Origin: the human T2T-CHM13v2.0 reference genome, Homo sapiens
Assembly (NCBI RefSeq): GCF_009914755.1
Contig: NC_060932.1
Reading direction: 5' to 3' (one strand)
DNA: 64,000 nucleotides
Under the pieces are notes generated by a model that was given only the letters and a program-made list of their open reading frames with translations, was not told the DNA's origin and made no database searches. This document shows, piece after piece, positions 26,217 through 39,649 of this stretch (its first letter is position 1; each line of letters starts with the position of its first letter). The translations under genes and the position numbers were made by a program.

Positions 26217-27530
26217 CCTTAGAGATCATATAATTTGGGGTCTGGAAATATATGTTATGTTTGCTGTTATTCCTGGGGCCTTGAACGACATTACTTATCT
26301 ACTTATTTGTCTTCTCTGGGTCTGGACATGGCTTTATGATCCTTTTCATTGCAGCTTTCCAGGCAGCTCCTATGAATTGATCAGCCTTGGAATGCGGGAG
26401 AATATCTATTTGTCCTCCCAGATCTAGTCGAAACCCATTATCTTTCAGATGAGGCTTTGTCCACCAGACAAAAAAACTCATGTTGTAGTACAGAGTTATT
26501 TGTATGCCTATTACATGACACATAGCCGGTAACAAAGTTGGGAGAGTGAGCAAACGTAAACACATTTGCAACACAGTAGGCACATTAAATCTTGGCTTTA
26601 AGTTCTTTTGGTTGTGTAAACCTAAATTTTATGGAATCAAGTTTATTAACTCCTTAATCCTCTGATTTCTTTGGAAAAGAAGTGTGCCTACTTACGTAAA
26701 GGTAAATGTCCATGTTACATATTGAAATATTTCTTGCTTTCTATGCTGTTCCACTGGGATTTCTGTATTTGTCCCAAGTCTCTCTGGAGCCTGTCAAGTG
26801 AGATAACTTGTATAAACTGCAGCAGAGAACGTTCCCTGTGAATAAATCCAGTCTGGGACAAAGCACAGCATTCACTTCTCAGATAAAAATCAATCTGTCA
26901 GAAGAATTTCTTTACTGCTTAATTTGTCTTATGTGTCCAATTATGTGAACACTAGCGTATAAATTGTTCAGAAATTGCTTTTTCCATTATCTATTCCAAG
27001 ACCTTGTTTTTTCATTTCTTGAAATTAATGAGAGACTTTTCAAGTATAACACCTGAAGATTTAACTTTCACTTCGTTCATTGCCATCTTAAATGGCTGAT
27101 GATGAGTTCGTGGATGGCACCTTTTCCATGGGACAGATATTGCTTAGGTACAAGCTCATTGCTCTCATTCATTCTGTAGATAACGTACAAAACTCTCAAA
27201 GAGGGAAGGTGTTCCAGTCACAAAGTAGAGATGCAATAGCTGTGTGCAAGGTCTGAGCTCAAGAAAACCCGTAAATATACTTCTATAAACTGGTCCTAAG
27301 CTCCTGCCACACTGAGCTAACTGGTTTTTCTGGGGGTGGGGTAGATAAGCAGTCAGAACTGAATTCTATCCAGCTTGCTGATAAACATATTCTACCATAA
27401 TTCTATTTAATTTCAGAGAAGAGGGTATATTCTATGATTAGAATACATTTCTGAAGACCTCCTCAAGTCATGTAACAGGCATACAAAAAGCTCTGTACTG
27501 CAATGTAAGTTCCCTTTAGACCTTTACTTA

Positions 27531-27899
<369 letters not shown>

Positions 27900-28255
27900 C
27901 TATAACAGATGAGGATCGACTGAATCACTAAAAATAAATGAACAATTTGACCTTGCAGAGTGATGTATCTTTACCCTACCCTTATAATTCAGTGTCTAAG
28001 TCCTGCTGCTCAATTAAATATATCAACCATGTAATAAGGTGTTTCCTGCTCTTGCTTTACAAGTGTGACAAAGTTATTATTTGGCACTTCAAATATTTAG
28101 GGCCAAACCAACCACCTGCTTTTACCTTAGATCACATTTTAATTTTTATAATTCTTAACCTCATTCCTCTGTAAATAAGAAGTTTTCTATACCCCTCAGG
28201 TTGCCCTCAAGATTTTCTGTTTGTCTTTGATTTTCTGCAGCTGGAATATTATATG

Positions 28256-28259
<4 letters not shown>

Positions 28260-28298
<39 letters not shown>
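28260..28298. repeat. (TG)n microsatellite
   Basis: Read directly from the sequence. Confidence 0.97.
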
Positions 28299-28301
<3 letters not shown>

Positions 28302-28692
28302 GTATTTATTCTGCTTGGTGTTCTCTAAGATTTTTAATCCATTGTTTGTTATTTCTCAGTAATTTTGGAAAATTTTCTGCCGTTATTAGTTTCTGTTCCT
28401 CCTTAATCTCTGGTACCTCAATCATACATATGCTATACCATTTCATATTGCCCCATAGCTTTGGATATTCTGTTCTGTGTTTGTTTGTTTGTTTTCTCTT
28501 CATATTTCAGTTTGGGTGATTTCTATTGATTTATCTTCAGGTTCACTGATTCTTCTAACATCTGTATTGAGTGTACTGATGAGCCTGTCAAAGGCATTCT
28601 TTATTTGTCACTCATCTTCAGATTTCTAGCATATCCTTTGATTCTTATAGTTTCCCTACTTCTGCTGACATTACCCATGTGGTCTTGCATGT

Positions 28693-29038
28693 TGTCAGAT
28701 TCTAGCCCAAAGTGAGGTCTGAGGGGAGTTGGTGGGCAGGTGGGGTGTAGCTGGAAAAACACTTGTGGAATCATAGGCAGTCTTGACATGGCTTTATTCT
28801 CTCTCTGGTCGTGAGCCAAACTGCCTGTACAGCATCAGCAGGGTAGTTATACCTTTTACAGACTATAGGGGCTCCAAGCCAAGCATGAGCTCATGTGAGT
28901 GGTCATCTCATGTGCCTTGCATGGCATGGTTACATACTGTGCAGGGTCGTGTGCCTGCACTCCAAACCCGCTGAGTCACGCTGCCTTGGAAGGCTGCTTT
29001 GGCCTACTCCTGACTGAGGTGCAGCCATTTCTCTTACA
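28693..29038 (-). mobile_element. LTR18A/B solo LTR inserted in L1M
   Basis: Reverse complement reads tgtaagagaaatggctgcacctcagtcaggagtaggccaaag...gtgactcagcgggtttggag...gtaaaaggtataac...gagaataaagccatgtc...gggctagaatctgaca; perfect 5-bp TSD catgt (28688-28692 / 29039-29043). Confidence 0.85.
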
Positions 29039-30291
29039 CATGTTGTCTACCTTTTCTATTAGAGCCTTTAACTTTTTAATTGTTAGTTATTTTTAAATTC
29101 TCTGTCTGATAATTCCAACATCTGTGTCATATCTGAGTTTGGTTTTGATGATTGCTTTGTCTCTTCAGGCTATATTTTTGGAACGTCTTCTAAATTATTG
29201 GTGACACTTGGACATATTGTATAAGGAAATAGATAATAAGGTAAAGAGATTTTTTATATGAGGATTTATGTCAATCTGACCTGCATTTGGGCTAAGTTTG
29301 TTTATTTTAGCTATGGATACCAGAGGGTTCAAATTCTTCTAGTAACTTTATTTTGTCTTGACTCTTAGCTTTGGGGCTTCCCTTTCTTGCTGTTCCTGAG
29401 AGATAATATTTCTCTTGTAGCTGTTTTAGCTGTAAACTAATGCTATTGTCACTGGAGGATTATTAGCATAATGGTAGCATGTGTGTCTTGGGGGCCACAC
29501 ACTCTCTAATCTTTTGATTAAGCCTCAGTCTTTGGAGTGCACATTGGGCCTGTGTTTTAGGGTTGTGGCCTTTACAGGTGTTTCTGTCCCTTCTGTAGGA
29601 ATAGAGCTTTCTTCTTTCTGCTCTTTATCCCTTTCCAGCCTTCAGCAGGTGTTCTCCAGTCTTCCCAGTCTTCATTTGTGAGAACTTCTCCCCTGTAGAT
29701 TGTTCCTTTGCTTTCTTAGGTAAAATAGGATAGAGTAGAACACAGCTCCCTAAGCCCAGCTGGAATGGAATTTTACTGTTGCTGTCTGACATGTCCTCCA
29801 TGGAGATTAAGCCTGAGAGTGAAACAATTTAGTGGATTTCACCATGGCTACTCTCCCCTCCTCCTGTCAGAGCACCAAGGGAAACTTTTTGGACTGTCTC
29901 CTTGACCTGCCCTAACAGCCTGATGAGATTCTGAAAGAAAAGTTTAGTTATATATGGAGGCCCCCAGAAACTTCTCACTTTGATGCTATCTCACAGTTTG
30001 CTTCCAGAATTCATCAAAAGTTCTATTTTAATATTCCAGAGGCATTTGCTTCAGGTAAGCAAATACTCAGGTCCTTTGTCTCCCTAGAGGTACTTCTCTC
30101 TCTAGATAATGGGAGGTAATTTTCTCTGTGACCTTAGCTCTTTGATGAGTCTAAGAAAAGTCTTTTTATCCCCCAACATTTTGTTATTGTAAGAATGGGA
30201 ATGACAATGTCCATGTTCTTTTTATGTCTGAACTGAAACTGAAAGTTCACACATACTTTTATTTGTAATGCTCTTTCTAATCTAGTTTTAG

Positions 30292-30742
30292 TGATTCCAT
30301 TAGGTTTAGGTATAGCTGCAGGTGACACAAAACCCAAAATAATAGTGGCTTGGACAAGATATGTTTATTTTTGTCTCAGTAAAACATTGTCCATGGAAGA
30401 TCTGGTGTTTGTGGTATGAGGGACTCAGAATCTAACCTTAGCAAGAAGAACCAACATAATGGTTCCAAACAGTGCTAACCTTCAATCATTACACCTGCAT
30501 TCAAACCAGCAGAAAGCAAGAAGAGGTTAAAGAAGGTGCTCCTTTTAAGAACACTGTCTGGAAGCATGTGGCATAACTGTTTACATCCCGTGGGTTAGAA
30601 CTTAATCACCTGGCCATACCTAACTACAAAGAAACCTTGGAAATGTTGTCTTTATTCTCCATGGCTTCTATGCCCAGCTAAAACCTAAGAGTTTTCTGAG
30701 TGAGAAGGGGAAAATTGATATTAAAAGACAATTGGCAGTCAG
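30292..30742 (-). mobile_element. MLT1J-like MaLR LTR
   Basis: gctgcaggtgacacaaaacccaaaataatagtggctt...agaacttaatcacctggccatacctaactacaaag...gatattaaaagacaattggcagtc. Confidence 0.7.
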
Positions 30743-30749
30743 AATTAAT

Positions 30750-30753
<4 letters not shown>

Positions 30754-30807
<54 letters not shown>

Positions 30808-30816
30808 TGTGTGTGT
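30754..30816. repeat. (TC)n(GT)n compound microsatellite
   Basis: Read directly from the sequence. Confidence 0.97.
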
Positions 30817-31052
30817 ACTATATGTTAACTTCAGAACAAACTTTGATCTTGGGCATATTTCCCATTTGCCCTGTAAAAATTTGCTTTGTTACCCTCACCA
30901 TTTGATGAAGTCTGCGTATGCATTTCTGCTCTTTTGGAATGTAGAGGCTGTGTCTTCATATCTGAGATACAGTGTTTCTGATAAATATTGGGCAAGAGTT
31001 AATTAAACCTAAAAAAAGAGCTCTGGTAATAAATGCAGGTAAACAATGGAAA

Positions 31053-31460
31053 TACCTTAGTCCATTTATGCTGCTGTAACAAAATATCTTTGAGTAATTT
31101 ATGAAGAATAGAAATGTATTTTTTTACATTTCTGGAGGCTGGGCAGTCCAAGATCAAGGCTCCAGCAGATTGCATGTTTGGTCAAGGCCTGTTCCTCCTG
31201 GTTGGTGCCATGTGAGTATCATCACATGGTGGGAGCGATGAAAAGAGAAAAAGGATATGAACACTGCGTTCTCACATGGCAGAAGAATGAAAGAGCAAAA
31301 AGGTTCTAAGCTAGTTCCTGGTAGCCCTTTCATAAAGCACTAATCCAAGAGGCGCCACCCACAGGACTTAATCCCTTCCCAAAAGGCCCCATCTCTTAAT
31401 ATCAGCACAATGGGGTTAAGTTTCAACACATGAGTTTTGGGAAATATTCAAACCACAGCA
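31053..31460 (-). mobile_element. MSTC/MSTD-type MaLR solo LTR
   Basis: cttagtccatttatgctgctgtaacaaaata...ctggaggctgggcagtccaagatcaagg...aaggccccatctcttaata...attcaaaccacagca. Confidence 0.8.
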
Positions 31461-32896
31461 GGGGCAAAGCAAGTGGCTTGTAGATAAGGAAGTGACAGCT
31501 ATAGGCTAGGCTATAACTTCCTGGGAAACTCAGCCTCTGTTGACTGCTTCTACATCAACCTTAGACTCAATTGAATCAAATGATCAAGGAGAAGTTATTG
31601 AGCATTTACAGTGTTCTCAGTTAACAGCTGGTATAAATAAAGAAATAAAAGACTGATTCCCATTCCTCAAAGAACAAAGGCTAACAGATGAAACAATTTG
31701 ATGGAGTAAATAGTATTTTTTTTTGTATGTACAGATGCTAACTCTCATCGAAGCTGTGGAAACAGGACCCTTAGTGCAGGCAGGATAGCTGGGTAGTTGA
31801 GGATGTGGGACTTTCCCCACTCCTGGGCTAGCAATAATCTGTGAAGTTAGAATAGAGATACTCTCATTATCTACCAGTAGGATAAAAATTATACAAGGCA
31901 TAGAATGATTTCATAAAATGCAAAGTAAAACAAATATGAAGGAATTATCACTATTACCTATAAGCCATAAAGGCCATTGATTGCTTGTTTCACATTTGTT
32001 CTGAATTTCTGAACCAACAAGGAGTTAACAAAATGCTCCCCCACCCCTTATATGGCAATTAATCATATGTCTAAAAATAGTTACTAATTATAATAGGCTT
32101 TTATTCTGAAAAGGAAAATATCAAGACAATCCCTCACAGAAGGAAAATTATTATCTTAGTTTCCATTAAGTAATTCCCCCCCCCCACCAATAACTTACAG
32201 GTGGGTATGGGATCGCTGCCTTGGTAGGCTCCACTTCTTTGAGTCACTTTGCTGTTTCTAACATCTCTAACTAATCATAGTCACAGAACTGACAAGTCCA
32301 AACTGGACAGCTGTTTCTTGAAAATAAAATATCTAATGGCAAAAACTATTGCCCTTGCCAATGAAAAAGCAAAGGCATCTGTACTTCACAACTGAAAGGG
32401 GCTGCTTCTTGGTTTTTCAGTTCCTTTGTAGTTTCAGGCCACATTTAGATGAATCTGTTTTGCTAAAATACTGAATTTTCCAGTGAAATGAGTCAGGTAT
32501 TAGCCTTTTGTCAGGCATTACAGAATCACGACATGCTTAAAGCTACAGCATGCTTAGTGTAACACTAATGCTGTTTTATTCATTTTCCTTAAATTCTGAG
32601 GAAAACAAGATGCCATGGCCTGGTTGTTTGGAGCAATTTTGGGGCTGAAACATAACCATCATTACTACTCATTTGTTTCCATGGTGAATTGTGATGTGTT
32701 TCAGGAGATGTAGCCATGCAGAGAAGCTCAATCAGAACAGCCAAATGCCAGGGTGAACAACATACCCACAGGCAATCAAGGACCATACATGTAAAGAGTG
32801 ATGTGATTTCAGGGGCTTTTTAAAGAGAAAATTTGGGCTAGTCTACTTTTAAAAGTAAGATTAGAAAACATATGCCTATCGAAAGTACTATAAATA

Positions 32897-32976
32897 TTAG
32901 ATTGGTTCAAAAGTTATTATGGTTTTTGCAGTTGAAAATAATGGCAAAACCCACAATTACTTTTGCACCAACCTAA
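32897..32976. mobile_element. MADE1 (Hsmar1-derived MITE), full length
   Basis: 80-bp palindrome ttagattggttcaaaagttattatggtttttgc...ggcaaaacccacaattacttttgcaccaacctaa with TA on both sides. Confidence 0.92.
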
Positions 32977-35415
32977 TAAGAACAATAGTAATTTGCTGGT
33001 TTCCATTTGAGGGGAAAAAAAAGGTTATAGGAGAAGAGAGATAAAGAGAAGGCAAGAAAGAATGAAAAAAATTTTAAAAATCACCAAAAAGAGCCATTCA
33101 TGCAGGTTCAAAGAGACATTTTCATGGAGTAATTACCCAAAGTGTGGCTTTTTAAAATATTTGCTGATAAAGACTTTTATAACTCCATGGAGGTTTTGTT
33201 ACTAGTGTTCTAATAATAGAAATATTATTATATTTTTTCATTTTCTTCTTCTCAAATAAGTATGGTGAAGGCCTGATTTGAGCTTTCAGAAAATTCTCAT
33301 TTTGACCTGAAGTTTGTAATTCATCCCATCTTACAGAGTGCTTCAAACTGTGGAAATAAAACATAAGAGTTACTGTAAAGATGTTCACACTATTACAGAA
33401 ATGTCTTTTTGTCATTAAAGCCTACCGAACACATCAAGGACACAAACAAACAAACAGAACTAGATTAACAATAATAGTGTTTTAGAGATGATGATACTTA
33501 AAGTTATTTTCACATAATGCCTTCATTTTACAAATGAAAATATCAACTCCCTCAAAACTGAAATAACATATTCAAGGATCATAAAGGTAAGGGTGGTATG
33601 GAATCCAAGTTGTGGCTTCTATTTCTGTTCTCCTGCCTCTGCATATAGTAAAGCTATGACATGTTTGTAACCCTGTAGAATTTTCCACAACATTCCACAT
33701 ATACTCAAAAAGCCACCTTGAATAACTGAGCCAGATGCCTAGTTGATGAAAAAATTACATTTGTTTTTCCTAAAATTTCTGGATTAAAAATACCAATGAT
33801 ATTTGCAAGCAGATTTTCTTTAAGTTGTTAGTAATAATTGGAATTTCTCTTGATTCTTCCCATGCCAAAATAAGAGTAGAATTTTTATTTTTGCCAGGAC
33901 CATACAAATTCTAAAGAATTGAATGAGGAAAATAGATGTATCCCTGGAATGAAACTAGTAATTTATTCTTTCCCTCTTCTCTGGAACCTGTAACAACAAC
34001 TTGCATCTGAGCCATCCCCAGAACAGATGAGGAGCAACCATCAAATAGCGGAGATTCAAGGGGCAACGCTGACCTTGTGCACATACTGTAGCCAAATACT
34101 TCTAGTTTAAATTGCAAGCATTTTCTCATTGGAACATGCAGAACACATAATCAAAAATGTCATTTTTCAATGAGTTCACTTCCAGTTAGTGGAGAAATCT
34201 ATTCCTAAATTTGATACTAAACAGTTGTAGGACACGTAACAAAACATTTTAGCATTATATGACCCAATTTCCCCATCAGTAAGATGGATATGATCTGACT
34301 TTTCCTCACTGGGATGTTGGGGAAATTAATGACAAATTCACAGCTCTGAACATCTTAGTCCATATTAAAGTAACAAGCTAAATATTGTAACAAATTGAGA
34401 TGTAAGCCACTTTTTAATTCATTAAATCTAATTTTATTAAGGCTATATAAATTGAAGCTACCCCTTAATTGAATCACATATTTTCACTTTTGTACAATAG
34501 ATAAAATATTAGAAGCTAAATTAGAAAATTTACCCACATAGAATCTCATGTTCCCAAAGTCTCAAATAATCTGGGGATGAAATGTTGTGAATGGTATTAA
34601 TGGTCTACAAGAATTTACAAAAACAGTTCCTCCTTTAAATTTGTTAAGTTAAATTGTCTAATAAGAGTACATTAGATTATCTATAAATCTTTGAAAATCA
34701 TAGGAGCAAGTAACACCATATGAAATCACTTTAAGTTAGCATTAAACACTGAACTGCATTTTGAAGAACGATGTGCAATACAATTGGCAGGACATTGAGC
34801 ACCACAGTCAGAAAGCCCTTGTTCTCTACTTTTATTGCTTTTTTTTTCTTTTCAAAAACAGCAGTTAGAATTTACCCATGGAAAGAGAAATTATATTTTC
34901 AATTTGTAGAACTATCAGGGCATGGAAAATGAAAACTCTAATTCCTAACTGTTAGCAACCCAAAAATTTGACAGGGACTATTTCTGCCTAGCTCTCAACT
35001 AAAAGTATCCAAGAATTGCTAATGAAGTGATATTTCTACTGCATGTTTTAGACTTTTGGACTTTTATTTTTTTCTGCTAATACTAAAATACAAATGTAAT
35101 TCCTCATAATTATATACTGCATTTAATCTGTGATGAATAAGAACTCATCAATACTAATATTATACAGTGTTCTTGGTAGAAATTCAATTAACATATGCTC
35201 TCCTTCATATTTTCCTCCATTCATCCATCTAGCCCTCTCCATTCATCTAGCTATCCAACATAATTGGAAAGATCTTCACTTGCCATGTTGAAACCCTTGT
35301 ATAAGTACAACTCTGATGGACAGATTTTAATTCTTAGAGGCAATGATAGACTATAAACAAATAGAGTTTTCTAACTGCCTTATAATTTACAACTCTATCT
35401 GCAATGCAAATATAG

Positions 35416-35463
35416 CTTTCAATGGCAAAACCCGCCATTACTTTTGCACCAACCAACCTAATA
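35416..35463. mobile_element. Half MADE1 (single TIR arm)
   Basis: ctttcaatggcaaaacccgccattacttttgcaccaaccaacctaata. Confidence 0.8.
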
Positions 35464-36639
35464 ATACTTCATGTTATGAAAAGCAATGTGATTTCATTTT
35501 CTTCATTCTCTCCTTTTCCTAGTTTTAAATTTAATTCTTACCCCCTTTTACTTTTAAAGTGTACTCCTTTGGGCCTGGAAGTTATTAAAGTAGACCCCTT
35601 GCTGAGTCAGTTACCTGTTAATGGATATTCCCTTAGTCACCCAAAGATTGGAAAAGCTTTGAAACAATCAATTCTAGAGATTCTATTAAATTTTAGCCAA
35701 GACGTGGCTCCTCCTCAAATGGAGCTTGGAGGGAGTTATTGACATAAGAATGATAAGATGGAGCAATGGTTTTATTCTTCCATTTTTTATTGGTTCAGTT
35801 AATAAATATTTATTGACTGCTTACTAGATGCCAGAACCTGGATGGCTCTCTTTCATCTCTATGGACTCCTCCTTGATCCACCCCTTTAAAAATGGCTGAT
35901 TTCTTCCAGGGGTCTGCTTTGGTCTCTCTTCTTCTCATTGGATGTAGACTTGTAAGACTTCTTAATGGATCTAATGAAATTGTCCTTCTCTCTTGCTATC
36001 AGTCAGTTCATTCTTAACTGAAAAGGATCAGATAAATAGTATAAAGGGAATACAAATCGAACAATTTAATGTATTCCTGTCTTGGAAACATTAGAAGTTT
36101 TAATAATAGGTAAATATATGTCATGGTAGTATATCTATAAAATTTCAGGTCCTAGTTGCAAGGCTGAGGGAAGGGAATGGGAGGCAGGGGGCGTTTTTCT
36201 CACTTGTTTAACACAAACCTCTTATGTCATTATCTCTAGAAGGTTGGCCTACTTCCCTCATCTAGTCAGGTGAAGTGGGACCATTTCCCCGAACCAAGCT
36301 TGTAATGGGGTTCATTTTACTTTTGTAGAAGCAGTAGTTTGGAAGGAGAGTGATTCTGTTTTACAAGGAGAACATTCTTACCAGTCTCTGAACAGTAGCT
36401 CTACCACTGCCTGAAAACATTAGCAACGTGTTTATTTAAGAAAGTCACAGCAAGGACTCCTATTTATAACAATATCCTCCCATTGCGTAAGACTTTCTCC
36501 CTACCATTTCCTGTGGTAAATTTGTTGTTGGATTCTAGAAAAAAGAATAACTTGGTAGAAACTAAGATTTCTAGATAAGATTAAAACAACCCAGACACGC
36601 TCTCTGAGAAGAAAATGCCTCTTTGGAACAGAGAGGAGG

Positions 36640-37172
36640 AAATTGGCCCAATTTGTAAAGTCTCCTGACCCATCAGGGAAGGACACGCTGCCCTGACTGG
36701 GGCCGGGTCAGCGCCAGTTACATCCGCAGGCACCTTGCAGTCCAGGCCTCCAGGGGCCGCAGGTGGAATCCTGTGGCTGAGGACGTGACTCAGAAGTGCC
36801 GGCCAAAATTCCATGAATCTGTTCTCTCTGGCAGGTGGTCGAGATATTGAAAGGGCTGGGCTTTGACAGCGGGAGGACCTGGGCCAAAACCTGAGGGAGT
36901 CTAAGCATGGAAAAGCTGACACTTGGCCTGGAAATCAAATTCCAGGCACATGTGGCAATGTGGTTGCTGTTTTACAAGAATGCTCGGGAAAAAGTCTCAG
37001 AAGCTGCCAGGGCCGGGTCATCTGCATCCTGCCTCAGCTCTACCAAGGGTCACAGGCGGGATAGTGTTGCGCATTTTTTCCTCCCCCAAACTCCTGGTGC
37101 ATGAGACTGATAGGATTCATGCTGCCCTCCTCCCTCTGCAGTCCACCCGCACCACTGGCTGAGGTCCTCGTG
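36640..37172. promoter_or_regulatory. Candidate cis-regulatory element (GC/CpG-enriched, not an evident repeat; AP-1 site)
   Basis: Local rise in GC and CpG against the AT-rich background; TGACTCA at 36786-36792. Function is inferred only. Confidence 0.35.
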
Positions 37173-37173
37173 T

Positions 37174-37651
37174 GCAGAAGTTCATTTTGTGCCATGGACT
37201 CCCTTTTGCCTTTGGTGAAGCCCATGGACTTCTCAAAATAATGTTTTTAGATACATAAAATAAAAAACACAGGATTACAATGGAAACCCATTTCATTGAA
37301 AATGAATTATCAAAATACTTTTTTCATTTATGAGCAATAGAAACGTGTGTATACCTTATCAATTTGTTAAATTACAAGATTTAATGGCAGAGCTAATAAC
37401 TGATGTAATTTCAAAGTAGTGATGAGTGTCAAAAATGTTTTGACATCTGTAATAACTGAAATGTGATTTGAAGGCACTTTATTTGATTTCTGTTGGCCTG
37501 AGGCACAGGTATTCCTAGTGCCACTCAGATTTGTTGCCTATAGTTAAGAATGAAGGAAAGGCTAAATTTCAGTTAGACACTGATAAAAAACAAGATATGA
37601 TTCTTTTTTTTTTTTTCCTCAAGCTCATGGATGCCCAGGTTTAAACTCCTG
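37174..37651. mobile_element. MER119-like hAT-Charlie element
   Basis: ttttgtgccatggactccc...tggtgaagcccatggac...aataatgtttttagatacataaaataaaa...cccaggtttaaactcctg. Confidence 0.65.
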
Positions 37652-37774
37652 CTCTAGTGCTGGTCTTCTGTGTTCCTCATTAGCAACCACACATCACTTC
37701 TTGCCTTCTAGAATATCAAATAATCTGGAATGTCTCCTTCACCATGGTATTGCTATTTGAAAAAGACAAGAAAG

Positions 37775-37975
37775 GGTTGAACAATTTTGAGAGTCTTCCA
37801 TGTGCTGAAAGCTTTCAAACATTTTCCCATTTAATTCAATCTGCACAAATATTCAAAGTGAAATGGCCTCCTTTACTATATAGGTGAGGAAGCTGAGCCT
37901 CAGAAGACTCAGGAAGCTCATTCAAGGCTGCAGCTGATGAGCATCAGAACCAAGGTTTGAACCCAGAGCCCTATG
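37775..37975 (-). mobile_element. MIR
   Basis: ataggtgaggaagctgagcctcaga...caaggtttgaacccag. Confidence 0.6.
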
Positions 37976-38094
37976 CAGCCATACTTCCTCCTTAAGTTTA
38001 TCTTATTTTCTTAGGAGTATTAGTCAGTGGCCTAAAATCAGGGACTATGCAAGAGTTCTTAGAGACTTACTTCCAAGCTAACACAGTAAGGCTT

Positions 38095-38277
38095 ACAGCA
38101 TGGCGGTTAAGCTTACAGGCTCTGGAGACAGACTTCCTGAGTTTCAGCCCCAACTCTGCCATAACTTTTAAACTTTGGGCAGGTTACTTAACCTCTGTGT
38201 CTCAGTTTCCTCACCAGGTTATCGTGAAGGTTGCATGAGCTAATTCGAGTAAATGTTAGCTAGTATAATATTATTTG
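38095..38277 (+). mobile_element. MIR
   Basis: gcatggcggttaagcttacaggctctggagacagacttcctgagtttc...ttgggcaggttacttaacctctgtgtctcagtttcctca. Confidence 0.75.
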
Positions 38278-38329
38278 CAAGTCATGTGGAAACCGTCTCA
38301 TTACTTGACAGCCATGCCTTATGTTTCCT

Positions 38330-38600
38330 TATGCCCTCTTGTCTTTAATCTTGTCCCATCCATTCATTCTTCATAATAAATCCAGACTTTTATTTCCAGT
38401 CGAATTGTGTCATTTCCCTGCTTACAATGGTACAATAGCTTCCCATTGCCTTCAGGAGAAAGTCTAAACTCAGACTGGTGACTTTAAAGGCCCATCAAGA
38501 TCTGGCTTGACCTTGATTTTCCATTCACTTCATTTCCAATCTTCTTCTTTATATTTCAAACATACTGAATTATTTGAATTTCCTGAGTGTCTCATGCCCT
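38330..38600 (+). mobile_element. L2 fragment
   Basis: gtcatttccctgctta...aatagcttcccattgccttcagg...aagtctaaactc...aaggcccatcaagatctggc. Confidence 0.6.
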
Positions 38601-38601
38601 C

Positions 38602-39150
38602 TGTAGCAAACACTGCAGAATGTTTAGTAATTTTCCCGTTCTTCCTTGTTAAAGAATCCTAAATGTATTTACTGGTTCTGCGGCATAAATATCTTCAGAG
38701 AAGGCTGGGCCTCTTCCTAGTTATTGGGGGTAAACCTTAATTATAGTCAACTCATTACCTTTTCAAAATAGCTGATTTAAGCACATCAGTGATATTAATT
38801 ATGTGACACTAATTTGACAGATTTTTACTCTGACAATTAGTGTCACCACTGACTGAGAGGAAGTTTGTTGAAGGTTTTTGGGATCAAAGACAGGAATGAT
38901 TCCTATCATTACCTCTGGAATTTGATGAGTAAAGATATGATGTCTAGAGCTGCTAGGGCCAACTTACGATCATGAGTGGAACTGATCACTGTTGAGAGTG
39001 GCAGAATGGGAAGATAAAATAATATCTTGTGGAACTATTAAATTACTCTACCTTTCCTCCAGGTGTGTTGTAATGTGAGATAATTAGTGACCTTATTGTT
39101 TGAAGCATACTAACTTGGTTTTCTGTCTCTTGCTTCTGAAAGCCTGATAT
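38602..39150 (+). mobile_element. MLT1J/K-like MaLR LTR
   Basis: tgtagcaaacactg...gagaggaagtttgttg...tgatgtctagagctgct...ccttattgtttgaagc...ggttttctgtctcttgc. Confidence 0.6.
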
Positions 39151-39234
39151 GTTTCCTCACCTATTGTCCTTTGAACTTATATTTTCTTTGCCTACCCACT
39201 TACTCTTTACCCAGTCAACTTCTACCTAGGTGGG

Positions 39235-39649
39235 TACCAAATTTTTCACCCTCCCTTACTACTGGTGGTGGCTATATGATACAGCCTGATCAGTCAAACA
39301 AAATCCAAATTTAGCTCAGAGGTTTTGGATAGCTGTTGTGTTCCTGAAAAACAAAAAACCCAAACACAGCTGACTGTCATGTTCCTTCCTTCTACCTATT
39401 TGTTGACTAGAATGTGGAAATATTATTTAGAGCTGCAGCTATCTGGTGACCTTGAGATGAGATGTACTAAGAAAAGGCCAGGATAATTTCAAAGACATCA
39501 ACACTGACATCACTGAGCTGCTGAAACAATATCAGTAACTACCTAACTCCAGAGTTCTTATTAGGTGAGCAAGAGAAACCCTTATTTCTTTAAGCCTCTA
39601 TAGTCAGGTTTTCTGTTACCCACAGCCAGATGGATTCCTTACAGATACA
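39235..39649 (+). mobile_element. MLT1K/L-like MaLR LTR
   Basis: gagctgcagctatctggtgaccttgag...ctgacatcactgagctgctgaa...tttaagcctctatagtcaggttttctgttac...gataca. Confidence 0.6.

Larger units (their letters stand above)
28170..30250 (-). mobile_element. Old L1M (L1MD/L1M4-like) 5'UTR and ORF1 fossil
   Basis: Minus-strand peptide EVPEIKEEQKLITAENFPKLL...LREHQAE resembles L1 ORF1 (EEIMAENFP); the 5' end-like sequence stops near 30250. Confidence 0.75.

Noticed and set aside
36745-36770. CTCF-like strings cctccaggggccgc and gccgcaggtgg
   Set aside because: Mismatches at core positions make them too weak to call.
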